64,000 nucleotides of DNA, taken from a virus. Shown piece by piece: positions 33,737-47,600 of this stretch (position 1 is the first letter of the stretch; each line of letters opens with the position of its first letter). The DNA is taken from the IMG/VR virus record IMGVR_UViG_3300040856_003054, positions 72,141-136,140 of that record. One strand, written 5' to 3'. The notes below the pieces were generated by a model. That model saw only the letters and a list, made by a program, of their open reading frames with translations. It did no database searches and had not been told where the DNA came from. Both the position numbers and the translations under genes were made by a program.

Positions 33737-35637
33737 TGACATTAGTAAATTTCGCTAATTTAGATTTCGATCAAATCAAAACTTCGATTAAGGACTACCT
33801 TAGATCGAATTCAAATTTTACTGATTATGATTTTGAAGGGTCAAATCTATCAGTAATTATTGATGCGCTTGCATACAATACTTACATTACCTCATATAAC
33901 GCAAATATGGTTGCGAATGAGGTATTCATTGATAGTGCAACTTTAAGAGAGAATGTAGTATCTCTTGCGAGAAATATTGGATATGTTCCAAGATCAAAAA
34001 GATCTGCAAGAGCAAAGATATCCTTCTTTGTTGATACAAGCAACTTTACTAATGTCCCTACTCAATTGACACTTAAGGGTGGTCTAGTATGTACGACACG
34101 CTCTTTTGGAGATGAAAGTTACTCTTTTATTATACCATCAGATATAACAGTTCCAGTTACAGATAATATTGCAGAGTTCAATGATATTGAAGTATATGAA
34201 GGAACAAGAATTACAGAGAATTTTACGATAAATTCCTTTGATTTAAATCAAAGGTATATTCTAAGCAATGCTGGTATTGATACTAGAACATTATCAGTTA
34301 GCGTTAGACCGAGTGAACTATCCACCGTTTCTAGAAAATATAATCTTGCAGATAGCTTATTTGATGTAACTCCACAATCGGCAGTATTTTTCATTCAAGA
34401 AGTAGAAGATGAAAGATATGAATTAATTTTTGGTGATGGTGTATTTGGCGTTCGACTTGAAGAGCCAAATTATATCACCGTTAGTTATACTGTATCAAAT
34501 GGAGATAATGCAAATAATCTTTCATCTTTTGTTTTTAGCGGTACAATCGTAGATCAGAGTGAAAGAGTAATCACCTCTGGAATCTCTCTTATAACCACCG
34601 TAGAAGCGTCTACATTGGGTTCTGAGATAGAAACGGTAGAATCTATCAAAAAGTATGCAACTAGAATATATGCTTCTAGAAACAGAGCAGTAACAGCAGC
34701 AGATTATGAAGCATTGATTCCAACGATTTATCCCGAAACTGAATCAGTGTCGGTTTATGGTGGAGAAGAACTAACTCCTCCTCAATTTGGAAAAGTTTTT
34801 ATTAGTATCAAACCATATAATGATAGATATCTTTCCAATTTAATCAAGGATAATATAAAAAGAGAACTTAGACAATATGCAGTTGCCGGTATTATTCCAG
34901 AGATTATAGATCTTAAGTACCTTTATGTTGAAGCAACAGCAAATGTTTATTACAATACCAATCTTGCACCATCTGCAAACTTTGTAAAGAGTATCATATC
35001 ATCAAATGTCAATACATATGCAGATTCTACCGAACTTAATAAGTTTGGTGCTAGATTTAAGTATAGTAAGTTTCTGAATATTATTGATGGAAGTCACGAA
35101 TCAGTTACTTCAAATATCACAAACATAATTATCCGCAGGGATCTAAGAGCAGTTTTAAATACCTTTGCAGAGTATGAAATTTGCTTTGGTAACAGATTTC
35201 ATATTAAAAACGTGAATGGATATAATATAAAATCATCTGGATTTAGAATCAGTGGAATATCTGATACTGTTTATATGTCAGATGTACCAAACTCAAATAT
35301 GCGAACGGGTTCGATTAATATTTTCAAGTTAAATTCTCCTACAGAACCACAAATTGTAAAACGAAATGTGGGAGTTATTGACTATATTAAAGGTGAGATA
35401 AAACTTTATCCGATTAATATTATATCCACTGAAATAAACAGAGGAACACCAATTATTGAAATATCAACATCACCGTATTCAAATGATGTTATTGGATTGC
35501 AGGATCTTTATTTGCAACTAGATATTAATAACACTTTGATTAATATGGTTTCAGATAGCATAGAATCTGGAGCTGATGTTTCAGGAACAAATTATAATGT
35601 TTCATCAAGTTACTCAAACGGAATTTACATAAGATAA
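33736..35637 (+). CDS. gp6: baseplate wedge subunit gp6
   Basis: LDFDQIK...FTDYDFEGSNLS..ID.LAYNT; RAVTAADYE. Confidence 0.93.
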   Translation: MTLVNFANLDFDQIKTSIKDYLRSNSNFTDYDFEGSNLSVIIDALAYNTYITSYNANMVANEVFIDSATLRENVVSLARNIGYVPRSKRSARAKISFFVDTSNFTNVPTQLTLKGGLVCTTRSFGDESYSFIIPSDITVPVTDNIAEFNDIEVYEGTRITENFTINSFDLNQRYILSNAGIDTRTLSVSVRPSELSTVSRKYNLADSLFDVTPQSAVFFIQEVEDERYELIFGDGVFGVRLEEPNYITVSYTVSNGDNANNLSSFVFSGTIVDQSERVITSGISLITTVEASTLGSEIETVESIKKYATRIYASRNRAVTAADYEALIPTIYPETESVSVYGGEELTPPQFGKVFISIKPYNDRYLSNLIKDNIKRELRQYAVAGIIPEIIDLKYLYVEATANVYYNTNLAPSANFVKSIISSNVNTYADSTELNKFGARFKYSKFLNIIDGSHESVTSNITNIIIRRDLRAVLNTFAEYEICFGNRFHIKNVNGYNIKSSGFRISGISDTVYMSDVPNSNMRTGSINIFKLNSPTEPQIVKRNVGVIDYIKGEIKLYPINIISTEINRGTPIIEISTSPYSNDVIGLQDLYLQLDINNTLINMVSDSIESGADVSGTNYNVSSSYSNGIYIR

Positions 35638-35643
35638 GAGAAT

Positions 35644-38600
35644 ATGTCAGAAACAAGAGTAAAAATTCAATCCATTATTGAGAATCAAATTCCGGATTTT
35701 ATTGCCGAAGAATCTCCTCTTTTAATTGAGTTTTTAAAGCAATATTATATTTCTCAGGAATATCCTGGAGGTTCTTCTGATTTAATACAAAATATTGATA
35801 AGTATACTAAACTTAACGAAATTTCAAAATCTGAAGAATCAACCATTTTACTTTCGGATATATCTTTTTCTGATACTACTATTACAGTAAGAGATCCTAT
35901 TTTTACAAAAGGATTTCCTGATAGATACGGTATTATTCAAGTTGATAATGAAATTATCACTTATACTAGTAAAACTCTTACAACTTTTGAGGGTTGTATT
36001 CGTGGATTTAGTGGAGTAACTTCATATACAAAACCAAACAGACCAGAAGAACTTGTATTTACTTCCTCTGTAGCAGAAGACCACTTAGCAGGCGCAATTG
36101 TTTATAATTTAAGTTCTCTATTCTTGCAGCAGTTTTTGCGAAAAATAAAATATCAGTTTATTCCTGGGTTTTCCGATAGATCTTTTGATTCAAATTTGAA
36201 TGAAAATTTATTCATCAAACAATCTAAAGATTTTTATGATTCGAAAGGAACAGATAAATCTTTTAAAATTTTATTTGCTGCATTGTATGGAGAAAATGTA
36301 GAGGTAATTAAACCAAGAGATTACTTGTTTAAACCTTCGGATGCAGGGTATCGAAGAACAAAAGATCTTGTAGTCGAGTCATTGTTAGGAAATCCATTAG
36401 ATCTTTTGAATAAAACTCTTTATCAGGATGAATATTCTGATTATGGAATTGAAGAATCTTACGCATCTATTACAGATGTAGAGAAAATTTTCTTAGGTGG
36501 AAAAGAGTACTTTAAATTAAGTTTTGACTCGGATTTTGATAAAGATATTATTCTTGATGGTTCACTTTATGGTAATTTTTCGCTTCATCCAAAAACAATT
36601 AATATTTCTTCGGTATCTGCAGGATCAACTATATTAGATGTTGATTCCACCATTGGGTTTCCCACATCAGGAACAATTATAACAAAATATTCCAATGGTT
36701 CTGAGGCATCTTTAACTTATAATGGCAAATCAGTAACTCAATTTTATAATGTAATCAACATAAGTTCGGAAATTTCTTCTGGAGAAGAAATTAGATTAGA
36801 TGTGTATGCATATGGTTATTCTGGTATAACAACTGAAAATAAAATAACAGTAAGGGTGGGATCAGTTTTAGAAGAAGTTGAAATATTAGAAAATACTTAT
36901 CTATTTGAAAAAAATGATACTGCTAGAATTAAAACTTTAGGAATTTCTTTGGATAATGCAAAAACATCCAATTGGATTGAAAATATTGCAAATAATTACA
37001 AAGTAGCATCATTTTTATTGCAAGATATATCTAATTATACTTACGATTTAACTCTTTATGACAATCACAATTTTAGAATTGGTGATAAATTAAATATTAT
37101 TAGTAGTAACTCCGAATCTAATGATAGTATTGTAATAGATGTTCTTGATGAGAAAAGAATTTCTATTAGAGGTCAAGGTCAATTAAATTCCAATTTATCT
37201 TATATTGTTAGTAGATATATTTTAAAACCAAATTCTTCATTATATTCATATTTAGATAATGGCACTGCAAATATACAAAACGTATACACAAATTATTTTG
37301 ATGAAGTTTTAGTCGCTTCTTCTTCTATACCTTTTTATTATGATCAACTTTTAAATCCTTTTGATAAGAAAGTTACATTTTCTGGAAATTTCAGTGGTAT
37401 TGTATTACAAATAACATCCAGCGGAAGAGATCATGGTTTTTATACAGGAGATAAAGTTTATTATTCTCCTGGAAAAATTGTTACTAGTACAACAGGTGTT
37501 GATGGAGAAATCGTCAATGTAACTACAGAAAGTAAATTTCCAGAACTTGTTGAGGGATTATATTACGTTAAGAGAGTTAACTCTACTAGCATTAGTTTAT
37601 CAAAAAGTCCATCAAGTTTAGCAAATAATGAATTTATTTCTGTCTCTGGTACAGTTACTTCTAATACAATATCGTATTATGATTTTGCAAATAAGAGTTT
37701 ACAACCTCAGAACATTCTGAGAGAAGTAACTAATCCAGTAAATAAGAGTGGTAATTATGAAACAAATCCCGGAAAAATTGGTATTCTTGTTAATGGAGTA
37801 GAAATCCTAAATTACAAATCTGCAGAAACCATTTTCTATGGTCAGATTGATAATTTAGAGGTATCTTCAAGGGGAAGTGGATATGATGTGTTAAATCCTC
37901 CTAGTTTGGACATATCGGATCCTCAAGGTATTGGAGCAACAGGTATTTGTGCAGTAAATGGATCTCTGCAAAGAATTGAAATAATTGATCCTGGTTTTGA
38001 CTATGTGAATAAACCATTTGTCACGATTACTGGAGGAAATGGTAAAAATGCTTTAGCAGAAATTAATATGGTTTCTGTTGAACATAATTCATTCTTTAAT
38101 GCAGAATCATCTTCAGCTAATGTAAATCTATTTACTGATACGATTGGATTTGCTACTTATCATAAGTTTAGAGATTATGAAAGAGTCATCTACCTGCCAG
38201 ATGGTCAAAAAGGTATTGCAGGTCTAACTACTGAAGCATCTTACTACGTTTCAGTAATCGATGGATTCAATGTAAAACTTCATGAAAAAGAAAGTGAAGC
38301 AATATCTGGAATCAACACAGTCAATCTCAATGATTATGGAACAGGTATCCATAGATTTAAAGCAGCAGTTAGAAAAGAGGTCATTTCTGACATCATTGTA
38401 ACTAATTCTGGTGAAGGATATCAAAATAAAGAAAGAAGTATATCAGTTTCAGGAATTAGTACTGCATTAAGCACAATTAATATTGAATCTCATGGTTATT
38501 TGACAGGTGAGGAAATAGTATACTCAACTAATGGTGCTGTAATTAGTGGACTAAACACTGCTTCTCAGTATATTGTCAAAAAAATTGATGAAAATTCCTT

Positions 38601-41600
38601 TAAATTAGCATCTGTTGGATTGGGAACAACATCAAAAACATATTATCTTGAGACAGAACAGTTTATAAAATTTGGTTCAACTGGTTCTGGTACGCATACA
38701 TTCAACTATACACCTATAGATGTAAACATAACTGGAAATATTGGCGTATCTACTCTTTTCGGTCAAGATTTTTCCGCAAAAATTCAACCAATCTTTAGAG
38801 GAAGCATTGATTCTGTTTATTTGACTACAAAAGGATCAAATTATGGTTCTGAAGAGGTTATTAACTACAATAGACAACCTATTTTTGACCTAATAAGTGG
38901 AACTGGTGCAGAATTAATCACTATAGTTAATAATCAAGGAAAAATTGCCGAAGTTTTGGTATCAAGACCTGGTTCTGGTTATAACAGTCCTCCAAATTTA
39001 TTAATCAATGGAAAAGGTAATTATGCAAAACTAACACCTATTATTGAAAATGGACAATTAGTTGAAGTTAAAGTAATAAACGGTGGAATTGGGTATGATG
39101 GCGGAACTACTATAGATGCTATTCCTGCTGGACAAAATTGTAGATTATTTGCAAATATTCAAAAGTGGACTGTCAATTTATTCCAAAAATATTTTAATAT
39201 ACTTGGAGATGATGATGGAGTTGTTACATTATCTGATAGAGATTCTTACGGTTTACAATATTGCCATTTATATTCTCCGAGAAAGTTGAGACAGTCATTA
39301 TATGCAAAATCTCAAGATGGTAGTAATGTTAGTAATGTAATTGATGATTTAACTTTATATGGTATAACAGACCTGCGAGAAGTAAATAATGAAGAAATAT
39401 CCTCTACATATCATTCTCCAATAATTGGTTGGTCATATGATGGCAATCCAATTTATGGCCCTTATGGATATTCAACTCCAACGGGTGGAACTGCAAAGTC
39501 AATGGTTTCTGGTTATGAATTAGTTTCAAAACCGAATAGACCTTCTCTAACTTATTTTGCACAAGGTTTCTTCAATGAAGATTATGAATTCAAAGGAAAT
39601 GGTGATTTGGATGAGCATAATGGTAGATTTTGCATAACTCCAGATTTTCCAAATGGAGTTTATGCATATTTTTCAACTATCAGTTCTGGTTCTGTAGACA
39701 CAGATGGTCCTTTTAGAGGATATAAAAGACCAACTTATCCATATTTAATTGGAACAAGTTTCTATTCACAACCAAATAGTTTTAACTTCAGTAAAGAATC
39801 CAATCAAGATGAATATAAGTTTGATAGTTTTAAGTGGTTCAGAAGTACTCTCAACTATGCTCTGAAGAGTTCAAATAGTTCTTACAACTATATCTTCAAT
39901 CCAGATAAAGTTAAAAATCAAACAGTAAATGTAAATTATGCATCAAGAGGAAAAGTAGAAACTATCGGAATTTTAACTGGTGGCACAAACTACAATGTTG
40001 GTGATAGATTAATATTTGATAATTCAGGAACTGGTGGATTAAATGCTGCAGCGAAGGTAGAAAAAGTTTTTAGTAAAGATGTAACCAATGTAAGTGCATC
40101 AACAACTTCTTTCTCCTCAGTAGAATTTTCTACTTTAGATGGTTCTGGTCAAATTATAGGATTTACCACTGCTCCACATGGACTCAAGAATCTTGAGTTA
40201 GTCAATGTATCTGGATTAAACACCTACTTCTCAAAAATAGAAGGGACTTATAATATTGGAGTTCGGACAGATAACTTCATCACTACTCTAGGCATATCAA
40301 CAATTGGTGTAACTGGACTTACTACCTACTTCTATTTGTCAGGAATTCTAGATTTTCCTTATATTAGAGAAAATGACATTCTTGGAATTGGAACTCAAGA
40401 AAAAGTAAAAGTTCTTAACGTAGATTCTACTTCTGGAAGAATTAGAGTACTAAGAGGGTATGATTCAACAGTAAGTTCTGCATACACGGCAACCACACCA
40501 CTTTATGAAGATCCTAGAAAGTTCAGAATTAATACTGGATTCAAAACGGATTATGCATATTCAGTAAATAGAGAAATTTATTTTAATCCTCAAGAATCTG
40601 TAGGTATCGGAACTAGTGCATCTGTAGGCGTTGGAACTATTGTTGTATTTTCACTTCCAGGTGTTGGTGTTACTCAGGTATTTGTTCCTTATCAATCAAT
40701 TTATCTACCAAATCATCAGTTAAGAACTGGTGAAAAGGTAAATTACTCAACAAATGGAGGATCTGAAATTCTTGTATTTGATGGCATTTCTTCTTTCTCT
40801 TTGCCACAGACACAAGATCTTTATGTTGCAAATATTTCAAATAATTTCATAGGTGTTTCGACCGTTAAGATTGGTCTTGGAAGCACAGGTTTCGTCGGAG
40901 TTGGAACAACAAACTCGGTTGGACTTCTATTCTTTGATAATTTTGGTACTGGAGATTATCATAGTTTCACTACAAGAAGAGAATCCATTATCGGTGAAAT
41001 ATCTAAAAATATTGTTACAGTTGCAACAGCATCAACACATGGTCTCTCAGTTGGAGATACTGTTGATATGGTTTCTGTACCAAAAGATACCGAAACTATT
41101 GTAGTGAAGTATAATGATAATAGTAGAAGAGTAGTATTTAAACCCCAATCATTCTTAGCAATTAATGTTGATACAAGCGAAGATACAATTTACATAGAAA
41201 ATCACGGTTTCAAAAATGGTGATAAAGTTGTTTATACTTCAGCATCTCCTTCAGGTGGATTATCCAACGAAGGAATATACTACATTCTATACTATACAAA
41301 AGATAAGGTACGCCTATGTTCTACGAAATATGATCTAAACTTGAATGTTCCAAATTATGTGAACATAACCAGTGCTTCGGATGGTACTTTATCTCTAATT
41401 AATCCTCAACTCAACATATACAGAAATAAGGTAGTTGTATTTGATCTTTCTGATTCTTCTCTCTCTTATTTGAGTGGGCCCACTTTATACTCTGCTTTTG
41501 ATCTCAATTTCTACAAAGATGCTGATTATAAGTATGAATTTGAAGGGACTGGAATATCTAGAAATTTTGAAGTAATTAGAAGTGGTAGAGTTGGTATTGA

Positions 41601-44600
41601 TACAACTGCTAGAGTTTCAATATTACTGAATGATAGTGTTCCTGATAATTTCTTTTATAGTTTAGAAAATATAAATGAAGATTTTATCGGAGACATTAAG
41701 AAAGAGATAATTGTAGATACTGAAGTTTATAATCATAATCAAATTAATATAATATCCAGCAAATATACTGGATCTCATAGAATTACTGGTATTGGAACAA
41801 CAAATGCATTTACCTTTGACTTGACCGATTATCCAGAAACAGATTCATATGATCAGATAACATCAAATCTTTATTATGAAACAAACTCTTCTACTGCTTA
41901 TGGTGCAATATCTAGAGTTAATATTATTAATGGTGGTTACAATTATCAATTTACTCCAGGAATCAGTACAGTAATTAGCAATCATGGATCGGGTGCTATT
42001 TTTGAAGTGCAAAGTAACTCAATAGGAAGTATCATTAAGGATGAAATAGAAGATATTGGATTTGATTATCCAACTGACTTAACATTAAGTCCTTCCTTAA
42101 ACCTCCCCGAAATACTTCAGATTGAACCACTGGCATCTTTTGTTGATATTACCATTCTCTCTGCAGGTAAAAACTACTTAACTCCACCTGGACTTGTTGT
42201 AATTGATGGTTTCACTAAAAAAGTTGTTTCTGATGTCGATTTAAGATATGAAATTGGCGCAACTAAAGTTATAATTGTTAAGAATACTTATGGAATGTAT
42301 AATACAACTCCTACAATTATTCCTATCAATAATTCTAATGGTGTTGGTATTAATACAATATCATATAACTCAACTACCAAAGACGTAACTGTTGGATTTA
42401 ATACTGGATTCAGTGATGTATTTCCATTCTCAGTTGGTGATGAAGTATTAATTGAAAATACAAGTGTTGGCGTTGGTTCTACAGCAAAAGGATATAATTC
42501 ATCTGCTTATGATTACAAATTATTCACTGTTACTTCGGTAAATTCTGCTCTTGGGGGAAATACTGGATCTATAACTTATAACTTATCAGATTATCTATTT
42601 GCAGGTGAATTTCCCGGTATTCCTGATTTGAGTGTTTCTACTGGTAGAGTAGTTAATAGTAATGATTTTCCAATTTTTGACATAAAACTCAAGAAAAATG
42701 ATTTCTTTGTTGGAGAATCTGCCATTTCTCAATCAGGAATTGGTATCGTAGAGAGTTGGAACAACAAAATTGAGTATCTTAAAGTTTCAACTGATAGTGA
42801 TTTGTTAGTTGGAGAAACTTTGACTGGTCAATCATCAAACACTAGAGGTGTTATAAAGAAAAAAATTGACTTTAACTCATTTATTAAACTATCAGCAATT
42901 TCAAAAGTTAATAAGGGATGGATTTATGATACTGGATTCCTCAACAATAATGTACAGAGAATAGCGGATAATAACTACTACCAATACTTCTCATATTCTC
43001 TCAAATCAAGAGTTCCTCTTGAAACTTGGAACGATTCTGTTCAATCGTTGAATCATACATCAGGATTCTTGAAATTCTCTGACTTAATGATTGAAAACCA
43101 AGATGTGGATATAACATCCGCTAAGGTATTTACAGAAGATAGTATTGCTGATTTAACTGTAGATATTGTCGGAAAGGGAAATCTAAATTGCGTTTACACT
43201 TTTGATCTTGCAACTGAAAAAACAACAAGAATCGGAAATGGATTGGTTTCTAATGAAATTATCTTACAAAATAGAGTTTTAACCGATTATTTTGAGTCAA
43301 TAGGTAACCGAGTTCTAATTATTGATGATATTAGTGATCAGTTTAATAGTAATCCAAGATCAACTAGATTCAGTACAGTCGATGAATTTGAATTGGCATC
43401 CGCAAGAACTAAAAAATACTTTACTTATGTAAGAGATAAGAGATTTACTGCAGAAAGACAAATCCTAATTGTTTCTCTTCTACATGATGGTACTTATGGT
43501 TATTTAAATCAGTATGGAAGAGTCGAAACTTATATAGATTTGGGATCTTTTGACTTTAATATAAGTGGAACACTCGGCCAACTTAATTTCTATCCAATTA
43601 AATATTCAGTTAATGATTATGATATTTCTTTAGTTTCTCATGATCTTAAAAGTAATATTTCTGGTATAGGTCAAAGTTCTCTTGGCAATATTGTTGATTT
43701 AAAATCAAGTCAATCTACTATTCCATCCGGATCTTCTTCTGCAACCAATATTGTTTCAATAGCAAATACATATAGATCTGCAAAAGTTTTGGTTGAAATT
43801 GGATTTGTTGATGGTTCTTATTATGAATTTGATGAAATAAATTTACTTCAAGATGGAACTAATGTTGATATTGTTGATTATGGGCAGATAACAGATAATA
43901 CTATCACAAATCCATATGGTATTCCAGGTCTAGGAACTTATATTCCGTATATTGACGGATCTAATATAAAAATTGACTTTAAACCAAATTCAGTTCTTGG
44001 AGTTGGTGTAACAATTAATACATTAACTATTTCGATTGCAAGTTCTATTTCTTCACCAATAGGCATAGGGACAGAAGAACTTATTACTGGATATATTAGT
44101 TCAGGAATTTCTTCTATTACTGCTTCAGTATCTCCTGTTGAAAATATAATTACAGAGTATCCAAATAACCATGCGTGTGCTTATTACATAGTAAGTGTTG
44201 AAGATACTACAAACCAAAAATATCAAATGTCAGAGGTTATTGTAATTGATGATGGTAATGACACATCAATTACGGAGTATGGAATAATACAAACGCATTC
44301 ATCACTTGGAGCAGTTGGTGCAGCTGTTAGTACAAATGGAACACAATTGACATTCACACCAGAACCAAATATTGATGTTCAAGTGAGGGTTTTTCAAAAT
44401 GCACTAAGTTTAGAAAAGATTAATGTTGATCAGAATTCTATAGATTTTACTAATGCAGAAATTACTAGTAATTTTGGAATTTATGAAGGAACTGATAGAT
44501 CTGTGAAGAGAAGTTTTGATCTTACTCACAATCAAAGTCCAATTTTCTTAAGATATTTTGATGGCAATGATTCCTCCATAGTAAGCGTTGGATCTGGCAC

Positions 44601-47600
44601 AATTACAATACCAGATCACTTCTTTGTAACTGGTGAAGAAGTTAAATATATCTATGCAGGTGCTGGCACAACACAGGCAATTGGTATTGCACAAACGTCT
44701 GTTGTTGGTATAGGGACAACCGACAAATTACCACAAACAGTTTATGTTGTAAAAGTAAATGAAAGCACTATTAAATTATCAGGAAGTGCGGAGGATGCTT
44801 TAAAAGGAAATCCAAATACATTTGACATTACTTCTGTTGGCATTGACACTTCACATTCTTTTGTAGCAGTCAATCAAAATACTAAAAACATTATTGCAAT
44901 TGATAATTATATACAATCTCCGATTGTTTCTACTGCGATAACTACAACATTGTCAAAAGACGCTTCTACTGCGGATAATCGTCTTACTTTCTCTGGAATA
45001 ACTTCTTTCTTTGGTGGCAATTTAATTCAGATTAATGATGAAATTATGAAGATTAACACTGTTGGTCTTGGAAGCACCAATGTTATTTTGGTTGATCGAC
45101 CTTGGATGGGAACTGGATTATCAACACACTCTACAGGAGATTTGGTTCGTGTTATTGAAGGTAATTATAATATTGTTGAGAATACAATACACTTTGCAGA
45201 AGCACCTTATGGTCCAACTCCAATAGGTTCTATAACAAATCCACCAAATGATAGAGATTGGACGGGAATAACAACTCATTCTACTTTCCAAGGTAGAACC
45301 TTCCTGAGAAGGGGTACACCTAATACCACACAAGAAACCTACGAATCAAATTATATCTTTGATGGAATTTCAAACCAGTTCACTGGAATTGGTAAGACAT
45401 TCACTCTCACTACCAACAATCAAAATATAACAGGTTTCTCCACAAATAATGCAGTCGTACTTATTAATGGCGTATTTCAAGGACCTCAAGGAGCGCAAGC
45501 AGAACTTGAAGATTATACTTTAGTAGAAAGTGTAGGCATTTCTAGCATTAGATTCACTGGAACTGCATCATCTGTTGGTTATGATATCAATAGCGGAAAT
45601 ATTCCTGTTGGTGGAGTAATAGTTTCAGTTGGTTCAACATCAGGATTTGGTTTACAACCACTAGTCGCTGCTGGAGGTACTGCAACTGTTTCTGTAGGAG
45701 GAACAATTTCATCTATTAGTATTGGTAATAGTGGTTCTGGTTATAGAATTGGTATTCAGACAGTGGTTAATGTTGGAGTTCAAACCTCAAGTACAGGAAC
45801 TCCAAATATTGAGTTTATTGGAACTGCATCTGTCAGTAATGGACACGTAATTGGAGTGACCATAACAAATCCAGGATTCGGTTATACTTCATCAAATCCA
45901 CCATTAGTTATTTTTGATTATCCACTCTCATATACCAATATTCCGCTCATTTACAGCTCTTCCTCATCCCAAGGAATAGGAACAGAAGCAAAAGTAGATA
46001 TTGTTGTTGGTCAAGGATCTAGTGTAATAGATTTTACAATCAAGAATACTGGATATGGATATGGCCAAAATGAAATTTTAACCATGGAAATTGGAGGTAA
46101 TATTGGAATTCCCACTGATACATCAAAACCATATTCAGAGTTCCAAATTGTAATTAATAAAACTTACAATGACTTTTTCTCTGGATGGACTCTTGGCCAA
46201 CTTGAGGTCCTTGATAGTTTTGAAGATTTATTCAATGGAGTGACAAAGAAGTTTCCACTCAAACTTAATGATAGTTTGGTCACTATTCGCTCCGCAAAGG
46301 GTTCAAATATTGATGTTAAATCAACATTATTAATATTCCTTAACGATATTCTTCAGAAACCCGGTGAAGCATATTTCTTTGAAGGTGGAAGTGTAGTTGA
46401 ATTTAGTGAAGCACCTAAGGAAGGTGATACAGTGAAGGTTATATTCTACAAAGGTAGTGGAGACATTGATGTTATTTTCAGAGATATTCTTGAAACAATC
46501 AAAGTTGGTGATGAAGTTACATTAAATTATGAACCGGGATTTGATCAAGGATTTGGACTTCAACAAGAAGAAAGAGTTATTACTGGCATTAATACAACTG
46601 ATTCACTAGAAACTAATCCATATTCAGGTCCAGGTATCACAACAGACGATACTCTAATAAGACCAATCAAGTGGTGCAAACAAACCTTTGATAAGATTAT
46701 TAATGGAAGAATTGTTGGAAAAGATAGAATTCAGTACGAACCACTTATCAATCCATCTTCTTACTTGATTAGTGCTGTTGGATTTGGTTCGACAACAATT
46801 TATGTTGATAATATCAAACCATTCTTTGATGCACAAAATGAAAGTCCATTACTTAGTTTCCAAAATCAAGTTACCTTTGTTTCTCAGAATTCTTTAGTTG
46901 CATCTTCTGCAACATCAGTTGTTTCTATTTCAGGTACAATAACTTCAATTGATATCGTTGAAGGTGGTTATGGATATTCATCCGCACCGATAGTGACAAT
47001 TGAAAATCCAGTAGGACTTGCAGTTTCGTATAGAGCAACAGCAACTTCTACGATTTCCTCTGGAGTTGTTGATTCCATACAGATTGTAAATCCTGGTATT
47101 GGTTATACAATTACAAACCCACCTTCTGTTCTTATTGAACCGCCAACATTATCTAAGGAAACTATTGATGTTAATGTTTATTCTGGAGACTCTGGAATTC
47201 TTGTTGGAGTTGGAACAACAACTTTAACTACAATATTTGATTTGTATATTCCAACAGATTCCTTCTTAAGAGATAATACTCTAGTTGGTTCCGCAATTAC
47301 AGTAAGTGGAATATCTACGGGAGATTTCTTCATAGTTTATAATTCAAATATTGGAAGTATATCAACATCTATTAACTCATATGACTCTTCTGATAATATA
47401 ATTGGTGTCGGCACACAGTATATCGATAACGTATATCAGGTTTCTAATGTAGAAACTATCCAATCTAATGTTATTGGAGTGGGAACTACAGCGATTAGAA
47501 GAGTTTACATTAAATCTGGAATTACTACAACATTTGACTCCATATATTCTGGATTTTCTACTTCAAATTATCATGGAAATTATAGTTGGGGCAAAATTGA